From: Octopus vulgaris
Lineage: Eukaryota
Direction of reading: 5' to 3'
Assembly (NCBI GenBank): GCA_951406725.2
Contig: OX597831.1
Span: 18,166,001 to 18,230,000, forward strand
DNA length: 64,000 nucleotides
Shown here piece by piece: positions 62,375 through 64,000 of this stretch. The position numbers were made by a program, and so were the translations under genes. The notes beneath the pieces were generated by a model. The model saw only the letters and a program-made list of their open reading frames with translations, was not told the origin of the DNA and ran no database searches. Position 1 is the stretch's first letter. Each line of letters begins with the position of its first letter.

Positions 62375-62939
62375 TTGGGTTGTCCGGAAAGTTCGTGCCG
62401 ATTTATAGTAGCTTAGCTTTCGACTTATTTTAGAACATGTTTGAGTCCATACAATAGGATTTGACTACACCTCCATTTAGAGCAGAGTTTAAGCTATCTT
62501 TTCGTGGAAGAAGGTTTATGTTCCTATAATATGTGTTAATTCTGTAACCCTTTAAAATAAAAGATCAGAAAGTTCATTTTCGGCGCATGATGCTTTGGGA
62601 ACCAGACAAAAATTGCTGCAGCTCGGCCGGGATGTGTTACCCCCACCCTCCCTATTCCCCAGGTATTGCTCCTTCTGATTTTCACTTATTCAGGTCTCTG
62701 CAGAAAAGTCTTAATGGTAAAAATGTCAATTCCTTAGATGACGTAAAATGATACCTTGACGAATTCTTTGCCTTGAAACCACTCCAATTCTGGGAAGAGG
62801 GTATTTTCAAGGTAAAGGAAAGATGGAGACGTTTTGTGCAACGAAATGATTTAGATTTGGTTCATTAAAAATGTAATGGCAAGTATTTAGCGACTTTTAC
62901 TTTCTTTAAAAATCGGAACGAAGTTTCTGGACGACCCAA
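62375..62939 (+). mobile_element. Internally deleted mariner (~565 bp) with TA target-site duplications
   Basis: TIRs ttgggttgtccggaaagttcgtgccgattt / aaatcggaacgaagtttctggacgacccaa flanked by TA. It retains HPPYSPGIAPSDFHLFRSLQ. Confidence 0.9.
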
Positions 62940-63508
62940 TATAAACATAACAATGAAATATGAATATAAACAGGAAAAATAAAAACCAAAATTGAAAGAG
63001 GCGATTAAAATTTTTTTCCTAACCAGCAGCCGTTTCAGGAAAGTGGTTGTACGAAGTATTCGAAATTCAGCCCTCCTTCCTCAGCATTCCTTTATCGAGG
63101 TAAAATCCAGCAAAAAGCATTAAGGCACTACATGGTGAGTATTCAGTTGATTTTATTATTACCCACAAGGGGCGAACGTAGAGGGGGACAGTACAATCGG
63201 GGGAAAAAATAAAAATAATGAAATATGAAAATATGTATAAATGTGGTGTAATGCTCCACCCGATCCCCGAAATCAGGCGGTTAAATTTCGTCATTTTATA
63301 ATGTTTTCAACAGTAACAAATTCATTTTTCAGCATTTTACAATACATTTCAGTACATTTCAAAATATAATTTCAAAATACATTATCAATTACAGAAAAAT
63401 TGTTTTCACAATTCACATATAAATCTTTCGCAATACATCTTTAAGGTTTCAAAATACATAACCAAAAGTCTTTCCAAATTTTCTCCTTTTTTTTTTTTTT
63501 CTTTAATT

Positions 63509-64000
63509 TTAAATTATTTCCATTACCTTTTTTAGGTCATTATAGTTTTCCATTTCTTTTGGGTACCTTAGTAGTCGGCACTTCATTTGTCTTGTTACAT
63601 TCGTTCCAGCGGCTTTGATAAACGCCTCGGCGTTGTCTTCATGGATCAGTGCACCCGTTTCCTTCCACTCCGTGCCCATCCTGACCCATGAATATCCTTC
63701 CGTTTCGCTTATAAGTTCTTCCATTTCGCCACAGTGTTTATATTGTACCAATGTTCCGTAAAATTTGTATCGTCTATTTGACCCTATGTTTTCTTTGGTT
63801 TTCCTCTTCGGGCTTACTTCTTCTTTACTTCCCTCTCTCGGTTTTTCTCTTTCTCTCTTTTTGCTTTCCTTTTCTTTTTCCTTCTTTTGTCTTTTTGGTT
63901 CTTTGTCTGTCGTATGTTCTTTTCCTGTTTTTTCTTTTTCTTTTTGTGTAGTAGCCTTTCCTTTCTCTTGGTTCTGTTCCTTCTCTTGTTTTTTTCCTGT
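63509..64000 (-). other. Unclassified K/E-rich coding-like remnant running off the window edge (possibly a retroelement ORF1)
   Basis: Purine-rich minus strand leading into ORF 63509..63751; no recognisable motif. Confidence 0.2.

Overview
Eukaryotic, very AT-rich, repeat-dominated animal DNA. The SINE families and the dense (TA)n/(CA)n/(TAA)n microsatellites suggest an octopod cephalopod (inference, not verified). Most long ORFs in the track (YIYI..., IIII..., CVCV...) are microsatellite artefacts. The window holds: decayed CR1/L2-group LINEs and Penelope-like (GIY-YIG) elements in (TA)n tracts; a same-orientation stack of R4/Dong-type RLE retrotransposons in a (TAA)n tract; tRNA-derived SINEs; several Tc1/mariner relics, one nested; a 59-bp minisatellite; and a probable spliced host gene on + made of tiny phase-compatible exons (about 6.8-23.1 kb) that the ORF track misses. 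The most notable signal is a recurring non-coding architecture: head-to-head fold-back elements at 33.5-34.1, 39.3-39.5 and 43.3-46.4 kb, each in (TA)n. Two carry a type I hammerhead ribozyme core in each arm, both with an unusual U.U apposition at the base of stem II; the third keeps only the GAAAC-GUA half. A triplicated SINE+LINE cassette at 49-57 kb has two different LINE families starting at the same homologous point of the duplicated (TA)n tract. All calls are by eye, with no database searches; boundaries are approximate unless base-level detail is given.
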